From assembly GCA_001643675.2 (NCBI GenBank), contig LSRY02000009.1, forward strand, positions 1,178,001-1,242,000: a stretch of 64,000 nucleotides of DNA, written 5' to 3'. This DNA is from Monocercomonoides exilis PA203. Lineage: Eukaryota > Protista > Preaxostyla. Within the stretch, counting starts at the first letter, position 1. Every line of letters begins with the position of its first letter. The notes beneath the pieces were generated by a model. The model searched no databases, was not told the origin of the DNA, and saw nothing but the letters and a program-made list of their open reading frames with translations. Positions 1 to 11,790 of the stretch are shown piece by piece. The position numbers and the translations under genes were made by a program.

Positions 1-382
1 ATTTCATTAAACAATTATCAATGTTATTGTTTTGAATTTGATCTCACCCTTTTTTCCACGTCATTTGGGAGGGCGAAGTTTTCACTCAAACCACCCACAC
101 TTTAAATTAATACTCATTATCTCGGAGCAAACCTGTCTCACTGCGTTTTAATTAAAATAAATAATTTGGAAATTTCTCTATCGAAAAAAACAAAATACAA
201 TCTTGAACAAGAATGCAACCGTTTTTCAATCAAAAACATTTCAATCCTTTGATTTTAAAAAAACGTCAAGTTGATATAAGTTTTTCTCGGTCATTTCAAA
301 ATGACTGGGTTAATTTATACTTCGTTGTTGAAACTTGAAATAACACAAACAATATGAAAAGATCAATTTATTTCACATTATA

Positions 383-1842
383 CACCAAAAATTATTCAAG
401 ATCGAAAAAGTTTAAAACAACATTGAAAAACTTTAATTCAACATCGAAAATTATTATTTAAAATCGAAAAAGTTTAATTCAAAATCGAAAAAAGTGAATT
501 AGTGCAGAATTTCAGTTAAAGTCAAAACCCAGGAAATTTTATTGAAACAAATGTTGATAATTACTATTGTTTATTTATTGGAAATGTTATTCTTTTTTTT
601 TAACAAATGTTTTCTTCGATATAGGTTGATATCAATCGATTCTTTTCTCATTTTAAAGATTGAAAATGTTTTAATTTTTCAGTTTCCAATGCAATAAATG
701 AAATACAGTCTAAACCGGATATTATCACATCTGTTTTTGCACGACTTTTTGTGACTATATCCGATTGTGATTATAAGCGATGTGACTTAACACAGAAAAA
801 AATGATATTTGATTTTTGAAATAATTAATTTTGGGTCTATTTTTTTATATTTGAAAAAATTTGACAAATACACATTTTTCAATAGAAATAAGAATTTTTA
901 TTGTTTTGTTATGTTATTCAGACTTATTTAAACATTATTTTGAAAAATGGATTTTTTGAATTTTTTGATCAAAAAACCGATTTTTCAATGAAAAAATCAC
1001 CCATCATAATTAAAAATGTGACTATCTCTTTTCAGCACTGTGATTATATGCGATGAAAAATGAATGAAAAATAGGCCAAAAATGTCGGTGCATGGAAAAA
1101 TGTGACTATAAACGAATGTGATTGTATTTGATGTGATTATATCCGGTTTAGACTGTATTTCAATATCTTAAAAGAATAATTCATAATCGAAAATTAATAA
1201 TTCAATTTCGAAAATGAATATTTTTTAGATTTGTGGAATGAATAACTTGAGTTTTGTGTTTTTAATTCTATTAATTTGATTTCATCAGTTCACTTTGTTC
1301 TTGAGTATTTAAAAGATGATGCATGTCCTTTATAAAAATTTCATACGTTTTGATTGAAAGTATTTTATTTTGAAGTTAATTTGAAAAGAAAATGAATTCA
1401 TTTTTATAATAAACATTGATGATTTTAATATTTTTACCAAAGAAGAAAATTTTTTTCTATTGGGAAAAAAAATTCTAGTGTTTTTTTACAATAAACGGGA
1501 TTTATATTTAAATATTTTTATTTTGATATTCGAAAGAATGAATTTTTTTGAAATTTCTATCATTTCAGTGATGATTTTCGAAAATGGAAAAAAAAATTCA
1601 AAAATTGATTTGATTCATATATCTATTAAAAAAAACAGTTATTTAAGGATTAATATTTGATTGATTAAAAAACAACTTGAAAATTTCTAAAATCCATTCT
1701 CGAGATAAATTAAAATTTTCGGTTTTTAATGAATTTCGAAACTGAAGTATTCATTTTCGAAAACGAATTAATAAATTACGAAATCGAATTATTAATTTTC
1801 GATTTTGAATTATTTTTTTTCGAATTTGAATTATTTTTGGTG
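383..1842. mobile_element. Non-autonomous TIR element with CACC...GGTG ends, TA flanks and ~20-bp subterminal repeats
   Basis: Left TA|CACCAAAAATTATTCAAGATCGAAAAAG matches the reverse complement of the right end (...TTTTTTCGAATTTGAATTATTTTTGGTG|TA). AATTCAAAATCGAAAA-like units repeat at ~395-500 and, inverted, at ~1750-1830. No transposase ORF. Confidence 0.65.
706..1155. mobile_element. Tc1/mariner(pogo)-type MITE, 450 bp, nested in the 383-1842 element
   Basis: 26-bp TIRs CAGTCTAAACCGGATATTATCACATC (706-731) and GATGTGATTATATCCGGTTTAGACTG (1130-1155) with 1 mismatch. TA on both sides (704-705, 1156-1157) and CAGT termini. Confidence 0.85.
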
Positions 1843-4459
1843 TATCAAGAGATTTGATAATTTATATAAATTGAAAAAATGTTAATGCTTGAAATAAATT
1901 ATTGAATATTATCTTGATTTATAAAATTATAAATGACATATTGTTTGAAGGAAAAAAAAAAATACTAATTTTTATCAAATAAACTAATTAAAATAACTCA
2001 AAAATTGTTTAAATAAATGCATCGTATATTTTTGTGAAAATAAAGAATTTTGAAATAAAACACCAGCAAACATAATGTATTGAGAAAATGCACAAGAAAT
2101 TTTATTGTAGATCGAGTACGATAATTGAATATAGAAAGAATTGAACAAATTTTAATAAATAATATCAACTTAATTAATAGCTGAATATGTATTTATTTGA
2201 ATCAAAATATTAACTACAGTAAGTCATTAGTATAAATACCATATAAACAAAGTTTGGCTTATCATTGAACAAATTAAATACCAACAAACTTTAAAAAAAT
2301 ATACAATAAACACTGCAGTTATAGCCCCATTTTTGAAGCTTTTAAAAGTGAGGCATAACAAACAATAATAGAATAAATTTCATTCCAAAAATAACAGACT
2401 GTAACCTTTTCTTTTGGAACGTTCGCTACCAAAAAAGCATGCTTGAGACAAAACAGGTATCTGGCAGACGTATTCATAAAATTATAGTTGTAAATTAAAA
2501 GAAAGATAAATTGTTATTAAAGGCTTCTTGAAATATTTAATGCAAACCTCTCTCGCAAGTTGTGGTTGAGCTTGCCAATAACTTTTCACATTCTTATGGT
2601 TATGATCAAATGTGAAAAAATTATTTTGTCATGTGAATCACAAATATTTTTTAACACATATTGATTTTTTATTCACATATATAAAACAAATCGTGATATG
2701 ATATTTTATTTTTATTGTTATCTTGTTTTCAATATTTATTTTTGGATAATTGATGAATTAAACAATTTTTATGAATACGAATGTATTAGCGTTTTTGATT
2801 AAAAAATATAAATAAATAATAATAGGCATAGTCAAATTTTGAATGAGAGCTCTTCGTTCTTTGTTTGCAATAAGTTATTATTTTTTTCAAATTACACAAA
2901 TATTTGCCAGTTCCAGGTTTGCCACTGATGGTGATCTTCAAATATGTATATATGAATTATAAAAAAATGGTTATTAAGTTTTCATTGCACACTTATTTAT
3001 TAAAATAATGTTGAATGAATTGCCAATCATCATATGAACATTCAACATTTTATTTCTTGCGATGAATCAAAGATTAGGAACGTTTCAGAAGTTCAACATG
3101 CTTGAAACGTCACGAATGGTTTGCAGATGAAGAAATACACTTGCAACAAGACAAAGAAAGGAGAGGAAATAATTAAAAATTGAAAGAAGTACATTGAGAA
3201 AAGGAGGAAAGGAAGAAACAGAAATGGGAAATGCCATTTGTTTCCATTTTTTTTTTATGGATAGAGGTAAAGGGGCAAACAGAAAGTGAAAAGGATGCAG
3301 CTGATACTGCTAATTAGAAGAATATTTTTTTGTAATGAAAAAGGAAATCATATAAAGGAAGATTTCAATGAGCATTTATGAATATCTAATCACAAACCTT
3401 CATTATTCTTAACAACAAATAATCTCATTAATTCACTTCTTCATCTTCCAATGCATTTCAATTTCTTCACACAACTTCTTTGACTTCATTGTTGTTGTCA
3501 TCGCCTGTGAATATCTTCATTTTTTGTATCTGAATCAGAGATTGCTGGAGAAATGAAATGGAAACAAAGAAATTTGTTTGAGAATTGATACTTTAAGCGA
3601 ATGTTGAAAATGCATTTTATTTTATTTTATTTTTTTCGAAAGGGAAATGAAGAGAGGCAAGAAAATTCAACAAAAAAATAAAACTTTCGGATCCGTTTTT
3701 CATCTGAAATTGGAGCTTCACAGACTTTCTGCTTTGAGATTGGAAAGGCAAACATTTGTGCCTTCATTGAAATGTCTGCAAAGAGAATGAAGGTTGCTGT
3801 GAATTTGTCATTTTGGCCAGCCGAATGAGCAGATGACAGCAACTGCAGCGCTCACCAATTCTGAATTGATCTTCTCATTTGTCTCTCAACAAATTCATCT
3901 GATGAAAGACCAGAACGTTAATTCATTCACAATTAGCATAACTTCTTCATCTTCTAATTTCAACCAAACTTTTAAAGAAACCTTGTTTAATCCTATTCCC
4001 ATCGATCGATAACGGAGAGCTTTCGCAGCTGGTTGATCTTTCTGATCCGAATGTGGATGTCGTGTTTGTGTCACCGGTGAAGCTGTCGGCAGACGTGGTG
4101 GAATACCTGAAAAGGCTTCTTTAAGCCGAGGCAGTGCAGCAGTCATCTCTTCACTCAGCGCCTTTGCCTTCTTCCCCTTCTTTTGTTGGAACAGCTCGCC
4201 TGACTGGTTCCCCATTCCTGAGGCGGAGAAGCGAAGAGAAGAAATCTTCAGAGAATGAATAGCCATCTTCATCTTCATTTTCATCATCAGCACACGCGAT
4301 TGGCCTTTCTGATGCATCTGTAGCAGTGTTTTGTTAATTTTTATCTGCAATAAATAACATCGATAGAAGGCTGCGGATAGTAGAATCTGAAGAAAACGGA
4401 GCGAATGAAAATCACAGATTATCGTAACTGATGGAGCAACAGACGCTTCGAGGGATATC

Positions 4460-4780
4460 TAGTGGTTCGGTGGGCTGTGATGTACGGGAGTGTTATGTGT
4501 GTATATAATGTGGTGCTTTCGACGATGCTTTCGGTTCCGCTGGTGGCGCAGCTTCCGTCGCTTTCAGCGTTGGCGGGTACGAAGTCGTGGAGCAAGCGGA
4601 TCTTTGCATCGGCAGATGTGAATGCGTTCCTGTAGATCTACGATCTATTTGACTCTTCACTGCAAATATGGATCGCCGCAGTCAAGGCGTGTGGTGGTGA
4701 AGCTGGAAAACGAAGTGTTAGGGCGAGGGGTTGCAGTGTGTGAAGTGGGGGAGATTGTGGAGAAGTGGCTGAGGATGAAA
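4460..4780 (+). pseudogene. Decayed IQCH-like gene fragment, paralog of 51275-51670
   Basis: Translates, with stops and shifts, as ...LAGTKSWSKRIFASADVN...IYDLFD...SPQSRRVVVKLENEVLGRGVAVCEVG. This resembles the recalled IQCH segment (STKSGSKRxF...YDIY...WLFKxDxE). DNA similarity to 51350-51660 is visible. Confidence 0.5.
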
Positions 4781-4969
4781 AATTGAGAATGTGGCTCTTT
4801 CTCCTTGAGTGATTGATCCAACAATGTTGGGAAGGAGAAGAGGATGAAGAGAAGGAGAGGGAAAAGAAGAAAATGAAGAAAATGAAGATGTCAAATTGCT
4901 CATGTATTTTCATTATTTCAAAGGAGAAAAGATGACAGTGGGCAAACAATTGTTCTCTTTATCGTTTGC

Positions 4970-5893
4970 TTATCCTGCATTCCAAACTCTATTTGATTCT
5001 GTTGTTGAGCCACAATTCTCGAATGGAGATTGAGTGATGCTGTTTACGCTAAAAAACACATCATTTCCTAAGCCATTTGTTGCTGTGTTGCTATCAAAGA
5101 AACAGAATGTGATGAATTTCACTCCACTCATCCAAGTGAAGGTGTTTGTGCAGCACAGCCCAGCTCCACCATAATTGGCAGAGGCAGTCAGATTGTTATT
5201 TATAAACTGACAATCATTAACCAAAAATTGAATTGGCTTTGCAGAAGGAGGATTGCCAAATGTTAAAGAACCTGTTGAATCGCCACCAGAATTTGAGATG
5301 CACTTGCATTTCGTGAACAGGAATTGGCAAGTTGTGGTCATGTTATCAAGCCTGAAATACCATCCAGTTCCAATACTTCCTGTTATTGAACAACTTTCCA
5401 CTCTGTTTTCTGAGAATGAATAAACAGAATTTGATCGTGGACTTGTTGCATTGACTGCTCCTCCTTGTTGCGCTGTGCAACTTGTGAAATTAGATTTCGT
5501 GATGTTCACATTTGACAAACATATGCAGCATAATGCTCTACCATGATTTGTATTTGAACATTCGTTGAATGAGCAGGAAGTGATTGCAAGATTTGCATTT
5601 GCACAATAAACATGAAGTGCACCGCCATAACTTGATCCACCAGTTGAATCATTCCATTCGCACCATTCAAATTTATGGCTGCTCTCATCAAAAGAAGTCA
5701 ACCTTTCAAGTCTCTTTCTATCAGTTTTATTTTCCAACATGATCCACAGCAGCATTTGGAAAAGAGCGTGTTTGATGGAGGAAAGATGAGTTGAAGGCAG
5801 AGAGAGAGAGTTGGATGAACTGTTGAGAGAGAGGAGAGGATGGCTCCATTGATAGCATTGCGAGAGCATTGGAAGAAAGAGAAAATGTTGCAA
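4970..5893 (-). pseudogene. Fragment of Cys/Gly-rich GGA(I/L/V) beta-helix (pectin-lyase/Pmp-like) repeat protein family
   Basis: Repeats such as SYGGALHV...CSFNECS, CTAQQGGAV, NYGGAGL and the FITFCFFDSN...GNDVFF motif. Same family as 56332-57360. The N-terminal part of the ORF is out of frame. Confidence 0.65.
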
Positions 5894-7110
5894 AAAGGAT
5901 CAGGATAAGGGGACAAAGAAGAAGAAAAGAAATGCAAGTTTCTAAGCTGCCACGTAGCATTAAGTGCACTTTTGCAGTTATTCATGTTTTAGACAATGAA
6001 ATTGTTCGGAGCATTTCACTTTTCCACTTAGCTTTTTTTCTCCAAATTAAAATTGCATCACCTGTGCATTCCACAACAAAAACATATAAATGTCAGTGAA
6101 AGTGGCATTCAACTCACAAATTCAATTTATATTAAAAATTTTGCAAGCTTTATTTGACGTTGTTATGTTTCATTTCCAATGAAAAAATAAAAGATAAAAA
6201 TTCATGAAAACAGTTTTTTAACCAATAAAAGCAACATATCATGCTTCAAAAATTTAAGTAGAATGAAGAATCGTATTTATCAGATGGATTTTTGGTAAGA
6301 TTTCTTCATTATTATGAATAAACCAACTTTTTTTGATAAAAACTCACTTAATTTGCAGAAAAAGAAATTGCATCAATTGTGAATGAAATCCATTTTTCAT
6401 CTTCTATATCAAATGTTCTTTATTTATAAAAAATGTTCAACAAAAGCTTTTCTTTTAAACAAACATTAACGCCACAAAATTAACAATCATAAAAGAGAAT
6501 CATTTTGTATTCTGCATTGTTTCCATCAATTTCAAAAAATATCAAAAGGAGCAATTTTTGTTGTTGTATTAACAATGAAAGAAACAAACTAAAAATAAAA
6601 GAAAACCAGAGAAAGAAAATTATTTTCAGAAACAAAATTTAAATTTCTATGGAAAAAAAAATATCCTAAATCCAAATATGTTTCTAAATGAAATTCAACG
6701 ATTTTTATCAGTATTATAGTTCAAAGATCAAAAAGAAATCCATTTTTCTTGTGATGAAATTGGATATGGAAAGGGGGGAAGGTGAAGCGACTCCTTCTCA
6801 AGTTATATTGATGGGTTTTTATTTTTTTGATAACTCTGCGATTTTCTTCTGTTAAAGTGAAAAATCTTCTTAAATTATTTGTTATGAAAAAGGAGGAAAT
6901 CTGATGGATGGCTGCGCCTGCATTGGACAAAATGAGAACCCTGAAGATGATGGCAAACTGCAGGCTGAGCAATGTGCAGAAAAATATGTGTGCTTATTTC
7001 TCGATTTATTTGAATGTGAATTTGTGTTTTTGATGTTGGCTCGTGGACATTTTTGAATTGTTTGCTAACTTAACAAATATTTTGCTATATGTTCTGCATT
7101 GAATCAACAG

Positions 7111-8385
7111 ATGGATGGGACGCAGTCGTTGATTGCAAACGAGGAAAGTTCGAGCGCGATAGAGCTGAAGGAACTTGCTGAGCAAACAAATGATGGAAGA
7201 GGCATTCAAAATGGAGCGGTTCCAGCAAAGAGGATTGCGTCGTTGGACATATTGAAATCGTTTGCGGCTCTGGCGGTTGTGCTGAGCCATGCTTCAATAT
7301 GGCAAAGGCACCAGTACGATCACTACATAAAAAGCAAAAAACTTTCATACTGGATTTGGGCAAATCTATATTGCGCACTTGGGCGTATTGGGACGCATAT
7401 GTTCATGATGGTGACAGCGATCATCATGCTGTCTCCGAAAAGGCTGAATGACAGCGCAACAAGCACGATGAAGTATGTGATTAGGCGAATGGTACAATAC
7501 TCGTTGTGGATAATCCCGTACAACTATAAAAAATTCAAAGGCGCAATGAAGTTGGAAACGCCGTTCAAGAGAATGCGTCAAATACTGTACATCTTTATTG
7601 TTGATGCTGGTATGCTTTGGTATTTGCAAATTGCTATGAGGATGCTGATGCTTGTGCCCTTTTTGAGGCAGGCAATGAAATCAACGAGCCGGAAAGTACT
7701 TGAAATGACAATACTATCTATTTTTATATCGCATCATGCACTGTTCATTTTTCTGATTGTTATGCAAATAGGGGAATCTGCAGATGCGTTTGTAGCGATG
7801 TTTCTGACGTTTCTGTTGGGGTATTACTGCTGGACGGTGATGGAGTATCAGCGCAATCCATCGGCAGCACATCCGAAATGGGTAGAGGAGCCGGGGTATC
7901 TCCCAATTCTGAGGAGAGTGAACTGGCAGAGCAAAGTGACAGCGTTGGTGGGATTTGGGGTGTTTGTGTTTGCTTCATTGTGCACCTGGGGGCTGGTCGT
8001 GCTGACTGGGCATTATGCACATAACATGGAGTTTTGGAGATTTTTCGGCTATAATGGGATGTTTACGGTTTTTGCGTATACAGGGTTTGCGTGTGGGATT
8101 TATGCGTTGACGAGCAGATGGAAGCCCACAAGCAGATTTGAAAAGTGTGTGATGTGGTACTTCAGTTCGACGGGGTCGTGCACATTGGGGATTTATTTAC
8201 TGAATGAGTTTGCAATCTATAGGTTTGTGGCAGATTATCTGTTTCCGGAAGTGCTGAAGAAGTCTTTCTACGATGTGAACCCATTGTGGTTCACTCCGCT
8301 TCTTTGTGTGAGCGTGTATTTGACAACATGGATTGTGACTGCACTTTGGCAGAAAATACCTTTTCTGAAAAAGCTGGTAATGTAA
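7111..8385 (+). CDS. Acyltransferase-3 (OafA/YiaH-like) multi-pass membrane O-acyltransferase
   Basis: Intact ~424-aa ORF with the N-terminal motif RIASLDILKSFAALAVVLSH (AT3 R..LD.L+......VV..H), FMMV, LWYL, LLGYY and TLGIYLL, and about 10 hydrophobic segments. The CAG before 7111 and a TGCTAAC near 7063 suggest a possible upstream exon (~6904-6987). Confidence 0.85.
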   Translation: MDGTQSLIANEESSSAIELKELAEQTNDGRGIQNGAVPAKRIASLDILKSFAALAVVLSHASIWQRHQYDHYIKSKKLSYWIWANLYCALGRIGTHMFMMVTAIIMLSPKRLNDSATSTMKYVIRRMVQYSLWIIPYNYKKFKGAMKLETPFKRMRQILYIFIVDAGMLWYLQIAMRMLMLVPFLRQAMKSTSRKVLEMTILSIFISHHALFIFLIVMQIGESADAFVAMFLTFLLGYYCWTVMEYQRNPSAAHPKWVEEPGYLPILRRVNWQSKVTALVGFGVFVFASLCTWGLVVLTGHYAHNMEFWRFFGYNGMFTVFAYTGFACGIYALTSRWKPTSRFEKCVMWYFSSTGSCTLGIYLLNEFAIYRFVADYLFPEVLKKSFYDVNPLWFTPLLCVSVYLTTWIVTALWQKIPFLKKLVM

Positions 8386-10907
8386 GATGCTGTATTTGAG
8401 AAAACAGCATTCCACAGAGCGCTTTTGAAAAATGATTGAACATCACATCTGTGCATATTCGATCTTTTATATATTCAATAGTTTCAATCTTTTGAACTTT
8501 TATTTTTGTAGTTAGAATTACAAAATGTTAGATTATTCTTTTCTTTAGTTTTTATATTGCTCCTATAGTTTTTATGATTTTGCTCTTTTCATATTAATTT
8601 GTGTTTGAGCTACTCAAGTTAAGAGGAGCTATTTTGTCAGTATTATCTCACGTCAGTTATGCTTCGTTTTAATTATTATTGTCAAAATTCGTTTTATTTT
8701 AAAGTCATTTGAATTCATTGCACTCTCAATTGCAAAAATATTTTGTTTGAACTATCTTTTTATTATTATTATTATTCGAGATAAATTAGATGTGAGAGTT
8801 TCATTTAAGGGGGGTGAAAGAAGAATTTAACTTCACCTCTTTTGATCACACACATTATCTAAATATACGAATAATTATTTTTTCTTTGAAAAGCTTAATT
8901 TTTGTTTTTTGTGAGTCATGTGATTAACAGTTTTCGTGTGATTATCGCAAGGGTTCGGAAAAGGGAAAAAAGTTTGAGTTTTCATCGATTATTTTTATTT
9001 GTCACATAATGATAAGAGTGAAGATGTTTTTACACCATTAATAACAGGTATTTATCCAAAAGATCTTTGAATCCATTAATTATCTATCAATATATAAGTT
9101 GGGGAAATGATTATCTATGTCTATTCCAATGTGTCAATTCAGGCTCCTCTGACTCTTAAGTGTTTGTATCCCATTCGAATCTGGTGAAAAAAGGTGAAGT
9201 GAGGAAAATGCGCTTGAAAAACAAATTGCACTTGAAGAGAACAATTTGAAATGGGTTTCAAACTGGGTTTTGGGTTGGTATTGCATTTGGAAAATATCCA
9301 AAGTTAATTCAAAAAAGCGTGAATGAAAACTCGGTTGGTTGAGAGAAAAAAGAGAATGAATATTTTCTTTCACATTCAAAAAGCAATCTTTTTGATTTTC
9401 AAAAAGACAATAATTTTCCTTCTTCTCTTTGATCTGAAAGTTTGCAGTAATCTGGTATTTTGTATTGTTTTTTTCATTTGTGACTTTCCATCATTTCTTT
9501 TCGTCTTTGTGATCTTGTTCGAATAATGAACTGGAAACATTTTTCTTCAATGATTTCATTCTCTTTCTTTTCGTTTTCATTGTTCGTGGCGTTTTCCTGA
9601 TTTTTGTGGATGGATTGAGACTCATCATCATTTGGCTCTTCGATATGGACTGGTCGTGAGATCTCTTCGTTTGCTTTTTCTGTTTCAAAGCATACTGGAA
9701 AATATGTTTGTTTTCTGATGGGAACAATGGAATCTTTGACGTCTTGGGAAATTGTGGATTGATGAACGTTGGAAGAGTGTTGTATTGTTGCATTAGTCTC
9801 TCGATTCAATGAAATTATCTATGACAACATGATATTAATATGTGGAATTATATTTGAAAAAGCTCAAATGTTTTGTTTTCGAATCAAACTGAAATTTTAT
9901 ATTTATATCAAATTTTTGTTTTCACTCACGAAACTTCACTAAATTAGAAGGAGTTTTGTGATAATGCTATTTATCACTTTCGTGTGAAGTTTCTTGAGCG
10001 GGAACAGAAAAAAGATCATTGCAAGAAAATCATTTTTGTTTTCAGCATTAAACCTTTGCGATTTTTCAAAAAGAATAACACTTGTTGGATATGAAGAAAA
10101 GCTTGACAAATGTGTTGATTCTATGGGATAATCTTGTGAATTTTGCCATATGGGGGAAAATTGAACTTTCAAGCTTTTTTTGCACAAAGCACTCAAAAAA
10201 AGTTTCTCTAAAAACTTTGCATATCTTTTTCAGATTTAAAATAAAACTGGATTTTAATTTAAGTTAACAGGCATCATTGATTTCACAACATAATGTTTTG
10301 AAACCTCATACGTCTTTCAAAAAATGAACCCATTTTTGTTGTGTTCTTTGTATAAAAGAGTTAATGAAAAGAGCATAATTATTCAATGAAAATGCTTGAA
10401 GAAAAATATTTTGCCCCAATTAATCTTCATTTTTTTTCTATAAAATAAATATTTTTTGAACAATTTCATATTTTCAATCCAGGTTTTCATCATTCAGGGA
10501 ATCGCAAGTTGTCGATAAAACAACTCAAACAATAAAAAAATTAAAATAACAAGAATAGATCACTGACCCAGTTAAAAACTCCGAAGAAAGGGTGAAAAAT
10601 TTGAAGGTTGCGTTTATTGACTAGTATTTGATTAAAGACAAGTTTTGAATAACAAAAATTTTTGATTTTTGATGATATTTTTTCTTATATGATTTTATTA
10701 TTGATTTTTTGTGATCCAGAAAAAAATATGTCTGAAATAAAAATTATACAAATTTATATGAAAATATTTCTTCATAACGTCATCAAAAATTGGACTTGCC
10801 AAAAATTTGTATTTTTCATTTCACACACTTTCATATCATTTTCAATATTTTAACTTTTTTGTTTCGAATTTTAGAAACACGTTTTATTTATCTAGAAAAA
10901 TCAAAAA

Positions 10908-11790
10908 ATGGAACAATTATGTGAAAAATGGGAATGTTAAAAAATGTTTTCGTGAAATGACAGTTCCTGAAAGGAATAAATATTATGTCTTTGACAAGTG
11001 ATCCACATTCTTTAGCGAAGATGGAACTTTGGATTGGTCTTTAAAAAGAGTTCTGAAAGAAAAGCATCCACAGCACAGAATTCACCGAAAAGAGTTGAAA
11101 ATGGAAAATGATGGAGAGAATTTTCACTCCCGAACCTTCAGAAAGTATGGAGAAAAAAGATCAGTGTTCAAAAATAGAACATTAACAAAATCGATGAATG
11201 AACTTGGAAAATTTTGATTGATCACATTTCTTTTGTGGAAAGGAGTTTCAGCAAAGCATTTTCATAAAATGATAGGAGTTTATTATGCGGTTGTGAGTTA
11301 TTGGTGCAGTGTATTGAGAGGTGCCTGTGCCGATCAAATGAGCATTGATTCAATTGTGTTGGGCAGGGAAAGAAAGATAGCAGAGTTTGATGAATGCATG
11401 CGGAGAGGGAGAAAATATAAAAGTTGGAGAAGAAAAAAGAAAACATGAATCTTTGGAGAAATGGAAAGAACGAACAACTTTTCAAAAATTAAAAAGCTGT
11501 GCGTTTTTGTTGTTCCAGATCGTTCTGCAAACATTCTCATTCCTATTAAAAAATCTCACATTCTTCCGGGAACAACAATAATGTGTGACGAGTGGAAGGC
11601 ATACTCCACTTTGGAGAAAATAGGATACATTTATTAGACAGCTTGCCATAAATGCATTAATAGCATCTTCTTCTGGTTCTTGTACAAATACCATTGAAAG
11701 ATTGTGGTCGTATTTGAGAGGGTTTCCCCCATGCACGTGATTAGAGAGAGATATCTTAGAGATTATTCAGCTTTTTATATAGTAAAAAAC
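10908..11790 (+). pseudogene. Merlin (IS1016/ISXO2-like) DDE transposase, decayed
   Basis: Across frames: IAEFDEC..GRKYK (VEIDE...RKY), IFGEMER, VPDRSANILIPIKKSHILPGTTIMCDEWKAYSTLEKIGY and GSCTNTIERLWSYLR. These are the canonical ISXO2 motifs, interrupted by stops and frameshifts. Possible degenerate GGCA ends at 10270 and 12411. Confidence 0.85.

Noticed and set aside
395-500. CRISPR-like or iteron array
   Set aside because: The units are ~20-bp degenerate tandem repeats without unique spacers, and are explained as subterminal repeats of the 383-1842 element.
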